DNA of 64,000 nt, from the IMG/VR virus record IMGVR_UViG_3300028844_004984; one strand, written 5' to 3'. This document shows, in pieces, positions 8,846-16,255 of the stretch (position 1 is the stretch's first letter; each line of letters opens with the position of its first letter). This DNA is from a virus. The notes under the pieces are model-generated. The model was not told the DNA's origin, searched no databases, and worked only from the letters and a program-made list of their open reading frames with translations. A program made the translations under genes and the position numbers.

Positions 8846-9036
8846 AACAAATCGTAAAAGAGTGGATTAGAGATGGGTACGAACCCCATACCAATCCATT
8901 GGTATCCAAACGTTTGGTTCTCAAAAACCTCAAACAGATTTTGGAATTGTTAGAAGATGATTGTCCCCATATGGCAGCCGAACGAATCAAATGGTTGATG
9001 GGTGATATTGAACTATATAAAAAAGAAAACAAATAA
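8836..9036 (+). CDS. Hypothetical protein
   Basis: Overlapping ORF in the gene run. Confidence 0.6.
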   Translation: MGLKQIVKEWIRDGYEPHTNPLVSKRLVLKNLKQILELLEDDCPHMAAERIKWLMGDIELYKKENK

Positions 9037-9047
9037 AAACAAATAAT

Positions 9048-9218
9048 ATGAAAAAGTTTATGAAATGGATGCCGGTAGCAATCGCACTTATTGCGTTGTT
9101 GTATTCGGTTAGTTTAGGAATGATGGGTTACATCAAAGAAGCGTTATACTCTTCACATTGGCCTGTAACTCTTTTGGTTTTTTACTTGGTAATTGATAAA
9201 ATTAGAAATAAGGAATGA
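9048..9218 (+). CDS. Small 2-TM membrane protein
   Basis: Two hydrophobic segments; read manually. Confidence 0.6.
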   Translation: MKKFMKWMPVAIALIALLYSVSLGMMGYIKEALYSSHWPVTLLVFYLVIDKIRNKE

Positions 9219-9294
9219 GTACTACAATGTGGGTAGTGGGCGGTATCATTTTTATCGTTTATATGTATTTTACTATTTGGAACATTAACAACGG

Positions 9295-9456
9295 ATGAAT
9301 TCTTTCTGGAGATTATGGGCAAAGGCATTGGGTGAGAAGGTGGGGGAATCTAACAAAGAAGCCGATAAGGTTGCTTTGTTTAGAACCTTCATCATCTTCC
9401 AAGCTATTATTACCAACATTCTTATCTCTATTAACATAATCATAAATTGGATATGA
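9295..9456 (+). CDS. Small conserved phage membrane protein (WRLWAKALGEK motif)
   Basis: Motif recalled from T4-like aquatic phages; read manually. Confidence 0.7.
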   Translation: MNSFWRLWAKALGEKVGESNKEADKVALFRTFIIFQAIITNILISINIIINWI

Positions 9457-9788
9457 AATACGACCCGAACAACGAACTGACTGAGGAAGAGATGGAAGCT
9501 CTGAGTGAGGATGAGTTCTTTGAGTACTTAGATACCAAAGCAGAATACCTTAAAGGATTTACCAAACCATTAGGGGAGTACCACACTAAGAGGTACGCAT
9601 CTCTGACCGCATCCCATCTCAATAGACCAATGACTGATGCCGAATACAAATCTGCGAAGAAGATTGGTAAGGAAGGGGATAAGGAGAACCAACAAAAGAT
9701 TGTTGATAAGATGCAGGAGAAGGGATGGGAAGAACCAGATAAGCGGGTTGAGAATGTAAAGACACATCGTTCCCAATGGTTCGATTAG
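9453..9788 (+). CDS. Hypothetical protein
   Basis: ATGA-coupled ORF. Confidence 0.7.
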   Translation: MKYDPNNELTEEEMEALSEDEFFEYLDTKAEYLKGFTKPLGEYHTKRYASLTASHLNRPMTDAEYKSAKKIGKEGDKENQQKIVDKMQEKGWEEPDKRVENVKTHRSQWFD

Positions 9789-9837
9789 ATAGAATAAATT
9801 TTCTCAAAATTTTTCTAAATTTCACACATTGAGAGAT

Positions 9838-10272
9838 ATGGAATGGAGTTGTAATAAATGTGGTACTACTGATACCAATCTGAGATACCCATCGGGTAAG
9901 ATGAAAAAGTGTATGAACTGTCAACGTTGGTATAACGTAACAGTCAATTCAAAACGGAAACGTAAGTATAAGAAGGGGCCCGAGCTGAACATCACCGAAG
10001 AGGAGTTCCTACAATGGTGTACCTCTCAAAAATGTAAATGTGATTATTGTGGAATCAAAGAAGTTGATTTGAAGAACGCGGGATTGTTATCTTCTATTGG
10101 ATTACCCGTCTATGCGTTGGGTATCGATAGGATTAATTCGGATAGGGGGTACGAATTAGATAACATTGTGTTCTGTTGTTATGCGTGTAACAAAGCAAAG
10201 GGTGATGTGTTTTCATACGATGAAATGAAACTGATTGGGGAATCCATTTCAAAGGTTTGGGGGGAACGATAG
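9838..10272 (+). CDS. HNH-family (beta-beta-alpha-Me) endonuclease with Zn fingers
   Basis: CxxC pairs; CDYCG...IDRINSDRGY...NIVFCCYACNKAKG. Confidence 0.75.
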   Translation: MEWSCNKCGTTDTNLRYPSGKMKKCMNCQRWYNVTVNSKRKRKYKKGPELNITEEEFLQWCTSQKCKCDYCGIKEVDLKNAGLLSSIGLPVYALGIDRINSDRGYELDNIVFCCYACNKAKGDVFSYDEMKLIGESISKVWGER

Positions 10273-10273
10273 T

Positions 10274-10350
10274 TTAACATTTTCTTAACATACAACATTT
10301 GGTAGTGTAAATAATCTTCACTATATTAGTACTGTAAGATTAAGAGATAA
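10274..10350 (+). promoter_or_regulatory. Repeated early promoter cassette
   Basis: TTAACA-N5-TTAACA...TTTGG...TATATTAGTACTGTAAGATTAAGA. Confidence 0.85.
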
Positions 10351-10356
10351 AAAGAT

Positions 10357-10689
10357 ATGATGTTTCAAAACGTAATCCCCGTCCAAACGATTGAAGAGTT
10401 CAAAACTCAGCTGGTTGGACAAATTAATGAGTATTGGCAAGATAACTACCCAAGCCTAAAGATTCCGAACATAGAAATCAAAACGGGTCATAAGTTCTAT
10501 AAGATTATTGTTGGAACTTCTGTTTGGGGATTCATCGCTCGAAAAGGTTTCATTCACAAAGGTGTTGAATTGAAGAAGGGTGATTTGATGAAACCCGCCG
10601 GATGGGCTACCGCCGCTAAACATCCTCGTGGAAATGTGATTGATGGAACGGCTGTGTATGGAGCATACGGTCCTACTTACCTTTGTTAA
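10357..10689 (+). CDS. Conserved phage hypothetical protein (GDLxKPAxW...RGN motif)
   Basis: Recurring phage early-protein motif. Confidence 0.75.
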   Translation: MMFQNVIPVQTIEEFKTQLVGQINEYWQDNYPSLKIPNIEIKTGHKFYKIIVGTSVWGFIARKGFIHKGVELKKGDLMKPAGWATAAKHPRGNVIDGTAVYGAYGPTYLC

Positions 10690-10699
10690 TAGTTAGAAT

Positions 10700-11020
10700 A
10701 TGGATATAGAGAAACCGAAGGTGACCAAACCGTGGTCGAAAGAAATGTATGAGTGGAACGATTTCGTTGCTACTCTGATGAAAGGTGAAATCAAAGTTCA
10801 GATTGAGAACAACAAAGATGATTGGGATACCCTAAACAAGCTGATGGTTCTGTGTGGTGGTGTTCGTTATGGACATGGGTTCTCTACTGAGGATTTGTAC
10901 GAAGGTTGTTTAGGTGAAGTTGAGATGGCTCCGAACTATTGGTTGAACGATGAGTGGGATTACGCTGTTAAGGAAGGTGTTGTTAACGATTGTGTAAAGA
11001 TTAAATTTGTTGGATACTAA
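10700..11020 (+). CDS. Hypothetical protein
   Basis: ORF in the gene run. Confidence 0.7.
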   Translation: MDIEKPKVTKPWSKEMYEWNDFVATLMKGEIKVQIENNKDDWDTLNKLMVLCGGVRYGHGFSTEDLYEGCLGEVEMAPNYWLNDEWDYAVKEGVVNDCVKIKFVGY

Positions 11021-11052
11021 TTTGGATATGTAACAAATATGTTGTATATTTG
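11021..11052 (+). promoter_or_regulatory. Bacteroidota sigma-A-type promoter (-33 TTTG, -7 TAnnTTTG)
   Basis: TTTGGATATGTAACAAATATGTTGTATATTTG (the first T is 11020/11021). Confidence 0.75.
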
Positions 11053-11060
11053 TGACTAAT

Positions 11061-11219
11061 ATGACAAATGTAAAAGCATTCGTACCCGAATACGAAGAAA
11101 TAATCAAATGGGATAAGGAGAGAATCATCAAACGTTATAAGAACGTTGAGATATTCATAGGTAATAGTGACAGTATAAAATATATCAATAAAGTATTAAT
11201 TAATCGTAATAACAAATGA
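11061..11219 (+). CDS. Small hypothetical protein
   Basis: Follows a promoter and is ATGA-coupled to the next gene. Confidence 0.55.
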   Translation: MTNVKAFVPEYEEIIKWDKERIIKRYKNVEIFIGNSDSIKYINKVLINRNNK

Positions 11220-11575
11220 AGTTAGATTTTAGAACCAGAACCACATTCTGGCAAACCTTTGTATCAAAACCAATCACATTGGATTGTGAACTATTCCGTA
11301 AAACCACCCCCGCGTTCGAAGGGGAAACCGAAGAAGAGTTCTATTGGTTTATTCAGGAAAACCTACAGAGCTGGGAAGCTGAAGAATTTATTGATAACAA
11401 CTCTGAAGTGTTGGGCGATATCGCCGATGAACTATACGATACCTTTGTAGAGTATCCAGGCGAACTGATGTTTGATTCTCGTGAGAAAAGTGAAGATATT
11501 GTAATAGAAGGTGGTAAAATTAATCCTGAATGGGTTAAGTATAACGGATTTGAATCAACATATAACGACGATTAA
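11216..11575 (+). CDS. Acidic hypothetical protein
   Basis: ORF in the gene run. Confidence 0.7.
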   Translation: MKLDFRTRTTFWQTFVSKPITLDCELFRKTTPAFEGETEEEFYWFIQENLQSWEAEEFIDNNSEVLGDIADELYDTFVEYPGELMFDSREKSEDIVIEGGKINPEWVKYNGFESTYNDD

Positions 11576-11577
11576 TT

Positions 11578-12123
11578 ATGGCGAATCACGTATCGACTTG
11601 GTTGGAGGTAACCTCCGATGAACCTCAAGTATATCAAACCTTAAAAAAGTGGTTTGATGGTAAGGACTATACTGAGCTGGGAAACACCATGTTTTTGTAC
11701 AATACCTTATACAACAATGGTGAAGAGAGTGAATACGATAGAGAGCTATATAGCAATCGTATGGGCGCTAAATGGGTATATACGGATAATGTAGAGGCTG
11801 ATGAGGATACCTTTCAAATGAATACAGTATCCGCTTGGTACTTTATAGAAAACGCAATTGAGAGAATGGGTTCTCTATTATCTGAATTAGATGAGAATCT
11901 TCTAATTGAGTTTACGTTTCAAGATGAATCGCTTGACCCAATCGGTGGTGGTGGTTGGTATAAAGGTGAAATTCTTTCATTTGATAAAGAGTATGAATGG
12001 CCAGATGAAGAGGCTGATGATTACGATGAACAGATGGATGATTTGTGGGAGAATGTGGAAGAGGTTTGTAATGATTTGAAAGTCGAAGCAGTATCCGAAT
12101 TGATTGACTCATTTGATAGTTAA
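11578..12123 (+). CDS. Acidic hypothetical protein (possibly YubB/DUF1281-like)
   Basis: MxNH start, GAKW and SAW motifs; family call tentative. Confidence 0.65.
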   Translation: MANHVSTWLEVTSDEPQVYQTLKKWFDGKDYTELGNTMFLYNTLYNNGEESEYDRELYSNRMGAKWVYTDNVEADEDTFQMNTVSAWYFIENAIERMGSLLSELDENLLIEFTFQDESLDPIGGGGWYKGEILSFDKEYEWPDEEADDYDEQMDDLWENVEEVCNDLKVEAVSELIDSFDS

Positions 12124-12125
12124 AT

Positions 12126-13004
12126 ATGCAGTTAGTAGATACAGTAGGTAATACACCACTATTGAAGTTCCCACTTGATGGTGGAACAATATGGGGTAAG
12201 GCAGAGTTTGTGAATCCTGGTGGTTCAGTTAAAGATAGACCAGTAGCATATATTCTCAAGCAGGCACTATGTGATGGTACATTAAAGAAAGGTGATACCA
12301 TCATTGAAGCAACCTCTGGTAATATGGGAATCTCACTATCTATGTTTTGTGCTAATATGGGATTCAATTGTATTATTGTAATGCCATCCAATATGAGTAC
12401 CGAGCGTAAAGTTATGATGAAATCATTTGGGGCAAAACTAATTGAAGTTGATGCTGGTGATTTTGACGGTGCTATTGAGTTGAGAGATAAGATGGCAAAG
12501 GAGAATGGCTATTTTAACTTTAACCAATTCCACAACAAACTCAACATTGCATCACATTGGTACACTACTGGATTTGAGATTTGTAGAGATATAGAATTTG
12601 GTACTCAGGTCGATGCGTTCGTAGCTGGTACAGGTACTGGTGGTACTATTATGGGAGCTGGTAAGTTCCTTAAACAAATGTACGATGATTGTAAGTTAGT
12701 AGCATTGGAGCCAGCAGAATCACCTGTTATGTCTGGTGGTTGCCCTGGTCTGCATGGTATTCAGGGTATTGGTGATGGTAGTAAGTTTCTAGTTGATTTA
12801 GATATCTTAGATAGAATCGAAATCGTATCCACCCAAGAAGCAAAAGATAAGGCAAAAGAATTGGCAAAAGAATTTGGATTATTCATTGGATTTTCCGCTG
12901 CTGCTAACTATCTTGTAGCTGAACGATTGGTTAAGGAAGGGTATGCGAAAAACGTTGTTACGATTCTATGTGATAGAGGAGAACGCTACTTCAGTTGTAT
13001 GTAA
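12126..13004 (+). CDS. cysK: Cysteine synthase (PLP-dependent O-acetylserine sulfhydrylase)
   Basis: GNTPL; NPGGSVKDR (PLP lysine); EATSGN; GTGTGGT; HGIQGIG; DRGERY. Confidence 0.92.
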   Translation: MQLVDTVGNTPLLKFPLDGGTIWGKAEFVNPGGSVKDRPVAYILKQALCDGTLKKGDTIIEATSGNMGISLSMFCANMGFNCIIVMPSNMSTERKVMMKSFGAKLIEVDAGDFDGAIELRDKMAKENGYFNFNQFHNKLNIASHWYTTGFEICRDIEFGTQVDAFVAGTGTGGTIMGAGKFLKQMYDDCKLVALEPAESPVMSGGCPGLHGIQGIGDGSKFLVDLDILDRIEIVSTQEAKDKAKELAKEFGLFIGFSAAANYLVAERLVKEGYAKNVVTILCDRGERYFSCM

Positions 13005-13008
13005 TCTT

Positions 13009-13072
13009 TTAACAAATTTTAACATTTTAGATTTGGATAACCATCTATTATTCCGTATCTTTACTATGTAAA
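13009..13072 (+). promoter_or_regulatory. Repeated early promoter cassette
   Basis: TTAACA pair (period 10), TTTGG, TATCTTTACTATGTAA. Confidence 0.8.
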
Positions 13073-13091
13073 GAAAGTTAATTGATAAGAG

Positions 13092-13220
13092 ATGCTAAAT
13101 TTGTTCACTAAAGATTGTTTAACGCTAGTCGATGTTGTCATCGGTTATATTGTAATTGAAATTCTATTTTCTGTATTACAATTTATGTATAAATCCATAA
13201 ACATTAAGAAGCTAAATTAA
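13092..13220 (+). CDS. Small membrane protein (42 aa)
   Basis: Lies between two cassettes; hydrophobic. Confidence 0.55.
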   Translation: MLNLFTKDCLTLVDVVIGYIVIEILFSVLQFMYKSINIKKLN

Positions 13221-13290
13221 TGTTAATTTAACATTAGAATTTGGATAGTAAGGATTCCTTTCGTATATTTACACTGTAACGATTGAGAGA
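13217..13290 (+). promoter_or_regulatory. Repeated early promoter cassette (upstream half-site inverted: TGTTAA-T-TTAACA)
   Basis: TTTGG...TATATTTACACTGTAACGATTGAGA. Confidence 0.8.
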
Positions 13291-13315
13291 AACAAAGAAA
13301 ACCCCCACAGAAACG

Positions 13316-13516
13316 ATGATGAACGTTGACCCTCAGATTAAGAAGATGGTATTGGCCTGGCCGACCGATGTGAAATTGAACTCCATTAGGGAACTGGTCG
13401 ATGAAGGTAAGTTAGGAATGGCACTCCAACTTTCTCAGATTATGTTGGATGCTCCGATGAAAGATGGTGGTGTTCCCTCCGAACTGATTCAGGACGCAAT
13501 GATGGGTTCTAACTGA
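13316..13516 (+). CDS. Hypothetical protein
   Basis: ORF after a cassette. Confidence 0.65.
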   Translation: MMNVDPQIKKMVLAWPTDVKLNSIRELVDEGKLGMALQLSQIMLDAPMKDGGVPSELIQDAMMGSN

Positions 13517-13528
13517 AAAACAAACGAT

Positions 13529-13828
13529 ATGGATTTTAACGATATGGATTTTAACGATTTGACTTTTAAGGATAATGGTGGGGGGCAACTCCAAGCAAAG
13601 GTGGAGTTTGCTAATGGTAACGTACTCTCTGTGATGGCTGGTGCTGGTATGTACTGCACTCCGCGAGAGAATCTCAATTCACCAGATGAGTTCTCCGCTT
13701 TTGAGATTGGTATCTTCGGACCAGATGGTGATTGGGCAACTCAGAACTTCTTTCCCAATTGTGGTGATGATGTTATGGGTTGGCAATCGCGGGAAGAGAT
13801 TAACTCAATTATTGAAATGATTGGGTAA
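13529..13828 (+). CDS. Conserved phage hypothetical protein
   Basis: FxNG..LSV...YC...DDVxGW motif. Confidence 0.7.
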   Translation: MDFNDMDFNDLTFKDNGGGQLQAKVEFANGNVLSVMAGAGMYCTPRENLNSPDEFSAFEIGIFGPDGDWATQNFFPNCGDDVMGWQSREEINSIIEMIG

Positions 13829-13839
13829 TGAATAAGAAT

Positions 13840-13925
13840 GGCCGGATGGTGGAAGTGGTAGACACGACAGACTTAAAATCTGTTTCGCCGAACGGTGAGT
13901 GTGGGTTCGAGTCCCACTCCGGCTA
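13840..13925 (+). tRNA. tRNA-Leu(TAA)
   Basis: Cloverleaf with long variable arm; anticodon arm ACAGA-CT TAA AA-TCTGT; GTTCGAGTC. Confidence 0.92.
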
Positions 13926-13951
13926 CTATAAATAATACAACAATATCTATT

Positions 13952-14086
13952 ATGCTTTATGTACAATATACGATGATTGGTTTGGTAAGTATCGCATTAG
14001 GTTATATGCTTTATGAAATGGTTAAGACTTTCTACTATGAAATAAGAGAATCAATCCGAACTAATCGAAACAACCGAAGGTGGTGA
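13952..14086 (+). CDS. Small membrane protein between tRNAs
   Basis: Single TM segment and a basic tail. Confidence 0.5.
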   Translation: MLYVQYTMIGLVSIALGYMLYEMVKTFYYEIRESIRTNRNNRRW

Positions 14087-14096
14087 TATAATAAAT

Positions 14097-14170
14097 GCAC
14101 CCGTAGCTCAGCTGGATAGAGCAACGCACTTCTAATGCGTAGGTCATAGGTTCGAATCCTATCGGGTGTA
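14097..14170 (+). tRNA. tRNA-Arg(TCT)
   Basis: Cloverleaf; ACGCA-CT TCT AA-TGCGT. Confidence 0.95.
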
Positions 14171-14183
14171 CAAAATTTCTTAT

Positions 14184-14258
14184 GGTGTTTATAGCTCAAT
14201 CGGTTAGAGCGCTGGCTTGTGGAGCCTGAGGTTGTGAGTTCGATTCTCACTAAACACC
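14184..14258 (+). tRNA. tRNA-His(GTG)
   Basis: G-1/C73; anticodon loop TT GTG GA. Confidence 0.9.
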
Positions 14259-14332
14259 CATTGAGTTCTTTGACTTATCGGATTTTTTTTGCGAGTTCTG
14301 CACCTCTACAGATTAAAAGGTGTTTTCAACAT

Positions 14333-14406
14333 GGGAATGTAGCTCAGTTGGTTAGAGCAGGACTCTTATACAGTCAAGGTCATGGGTTCAAGTCCCGTCA
14401 TTCCTA
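14333..14406 (+). tRNA. tRNA-Ile(TAT)
   Basis: Cloverleaf; GACT-CT TAT AC-AGTC; A73. Confidence 0.85.
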
Positions 14407-14411
14407 CAACC

Positions 14412-14485
14412 GACCTCTTAGCTCAGCTGGTTAGAGCATCTCACTTTTAATGAGAGGGTCCTGGGTTCGAGTCCCAGAGGGGTTA
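14412..14485 (+). tRNA. tRNA-Lys(TTT)
   Basis: TCTCA-CT TTT AA-TGAGA. Confidence 0.95.
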
Positions 14486-14488
14486 CTT

Positions 14489-14568
14489 GCCGATGTGGTG
14501 GAATTGGTAGACACGCTAGTTTTAGGCACTAGTTCTTCGGAGTGAGAGTTCGAGTCTCTCCATCGGTA
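14489..14568 (+). tRNA. tRNA-Leu(TAG)
   Basis: CTAGT-TT TAG GC-ACTAG; variable arm. Confidence 0.93.
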
Positions 14569-14573
14569 CATAT

Positions 14574-14648
14574 GCATCCTTAGCTCAGTTGGTTCAGAGC
14601 ATCTCGTTTACACCGAGAAGGTCGTTGGTTCGAACCCAACAGGATGTA
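14574..14648 (+). tRNA. tRNA-Val(TAC)
   Basis: TCTCG-TT TAC AC-CGAGA. Confidence 0.95.
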
Positions 14649-14707
14649 CTTCACTAAATAAATTTCAATATTTATATAATAGTAATAATACTAATAAACA
14701 ATAATTT

Positions 14708-14986
14708 ATGAATTACAAAATCGCAAGAAGATTGTACCAAGCTTTGGAAGCAAAGTACACAGCAGAGATAATGGATGCGAGAGCACGATTATCAGTTTAC
14801 TTCGAATCCTCTGTAGGAATCGGAGAACACCCACAACTTACTGAAGAGATTGACAACTTAGTTGACCAACTCGCAAACGCAACGGATAAATTGGAAACAC
14901 TTTCTAACAACTTCTCAAAGGAGTATGGTAGTGATATTCCAACTACAGTCGTTGACAATGAAAAGAAGGAGTTGATTAACGGGTAG
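14708..14986 (+). CDS. Conserved T4-like phage hypothetical protein (VGIGEHP motif)
   Basis: Motif; preceded by ATATTTAT. Confidence 0.75.
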   Translation: MNYKIARRLYQALEAKYTAEIMDARARLSVYFESSVGIGEHPQLTEEIDNLVDQLANATDKLETLSNNFSKEYGSDIPTTVVDNEKKELING

Positions 14987-15003
14987 GGTGAGTACGACTC
15001 ATC

Positions 15004-15088
15004 GGAAGATTGGCAGAGAGGTCGATTGCACTGGTCTTGAAAACCAGCGTACAGCAATGTACCGTAGGTTCGAATCCTACATCTTCCG
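15004..15088 (+). tRNA. tRNA-Ser(TGA)
   Basis: CTGGT-CT TGA AA-ACCAG; long variable arm; G73. Confidence 0.93.
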
Positions 15089-15090
15089 CA

Positions 15091-15415
15091 AAGGTTATCG
15101 TTCTTTACATAAAAAAGGAAAAGCTATGGAAATAACATCATTTATTTTAGGTGTATGTGCAGCTATCACATTGTTGGTGGTTGTGGGTACGTTTGTGAAT
15201 TACCTGAGTGTTAAATCACTTAAAGAGCAGATTGATAATATCGATAAAACAATAGTCGATATTGAACGTGAACTCTACACAATAGTGGATGAGTTGAACA
15301 AAGAACTTCATAATGAAGTTGATGAAGTGTACAGAACAGTTGATTCCAGATTTGATAAGTTTGAGAATCGAATAAATCCGAATGGATAATAATTAACCCT
15401 AAGAACGATAACCTT
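15091..15415. repeat. Perfect 15-bp inverted repeat enclosing a gene
   Basis: AAGGTTATCGTTCTT (15091-15105) and AAGAACGATAACCTT (15401-15415). Confidence 0.9.
15126..15389 (+). CDS. Membrane-anchored coiled-coil protein (87 aa)
   Basis: N-terminal TM plus heptads; start placed after tRNA-Ser. Confidence 0.7.
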   Translation: MEITSFILGVCAAITLLVVVGTFVNYLSVKSLKEQIDNIDKTIVDIERELYTIVDELNKELHNEVDEVYRTVDSRFDKFENRINPNG

Positions 15416-15437
15416 AACTTAAAAAATCCAAAATATA

Positions 15438-15469
15438 TTTGGAAGTTTGAAAAAACTTTTGTATATTTG
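15438..15469 (+). promoter_or_regulatory. Bacteroidota-type promoter driving the ncRNA
   Basis: TTTG...TATATTTG with no ORF for about 460 nt downstream. Confidence 0.75.
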
Positions 15470-15477
15470 TAGAAGTT

Positions 15478-15896
15478 CTTTGAAATAATAGAGGCACCTG
15501 AAGTATTGGCCATATGAATGGTGAGTATATGACCGAATAATCCCTAACGGAAGAAGGGGATAAGGTAAACCTGACACTGAACACGTTTCAGTTCAATTGC
15601 TCAAGGGAGTGATTGAGTTCCGACAGGAAAGAAGGTGGTAAGTTAGGAAAGAATCAAACAACCGATTCTTCCAAGAGCATTGTAAGTACCCGAAAGGAAA
15701 TCTTACTTTATGACCGAATAATCCCATAATGGGGGATAAGGTACGACTAAAGCTGTTGTGGCGCTACAACGAGATTAACCATCTTGAGTAGAACTCGAAA
15801 TAATAGTAGAGTTAGTTGGTATGCGGTAGATAAAACCATAAACTAACTTTTCAGAATTGGTATATTCTGATATACGTTCCTCTATTTTTTTCAAAG
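15478..15896 (+). ncRNA. Large (~420 nt) highly structured non-coding RNA, family not recognised
   Basis: 5' and 3' ends pair; more than 10 hairpins; duplicated GACCGAATAATCCC...GGGATAAGGT motif; own promoter. Confidence 0.75.
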
Positions 15897-15939
15897 TAAT
15901 ATTTGGATAATTAAAAAATGTTTTGTATATTTACAATCG

Positions 15940-16194
15940 ATGAAATGGGATACGGTACATATTAGTGATAAGATACACTTTCTGAAGGATGTGATGGATA
16001 ACTCCACACAGGACACAGAGCACGATATGCACATTGTAAACGCATTAATTACAGGTTCTCACAACACCTTTAGTGGTGATATGGGATTTGAAATACAAAT
16101 ACATCATATGAATTATATGAGAGAGTTATGGGATAATCACATCGTTACTCAAAAAGATAGTTCAGTGATTAACAAACTGCGAGAGAAGAGTTAA
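15940..16194 (+). CDS. Hypothetical protein
   Basis: Follows a TTTG/TATATTTA promoter (15903-15933); 3' end overlaps a tRNA-like gene. Confidence 0.6.
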   Translation: MKWDTVHISDKIHFLKDVMDNSTQDTEHDMHIVNALITGSHNTFSGDMGFEIQIHHMNYMRELWDNHIVTQKDSSVINKLREKS

Positions 16195-16250
16195 GAGAAA
16201 CTCGCTACACATCCAGTGTAGAGAAGTTGGGGCAGTTCCAACCTTTCGCT
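16179..16250 (+). tRNA. Non-canonical tRNA-Gly(TCC)-like RNA, copy 1
   Basis: Complete cloverleaf stems, U73; T-loop GGCAGTT, no D-loop GG, A33. Confidence 0.75.
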
Positions 16251-16255
16251 CAACT

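Noticed and set aside
14988-15125. N-terminal extension of ORF 14988..15389, and ORFs 13895.., 14035.. and 14219.. over tRNAs
   Set aside because: They overlap clear tRNA genes, so starts were moved or the ORFs discarded.
15091-15415. Inverted-repeat-flanked gene as an IS or MITE
   Set aside because: No transposase, no evident target-site duplication and no second copy in the window; kept only as an RNA-stem hypothesis.
15478-15896. ncRNA as tmRNA, RNase P, SRP or a group I/II intron
   Set aside because: No tRNA-Ala-like ends or tag ORF, no GAGGAAAGUCC core, no SRP helix-8 motif, and it does not interrupt a gene.
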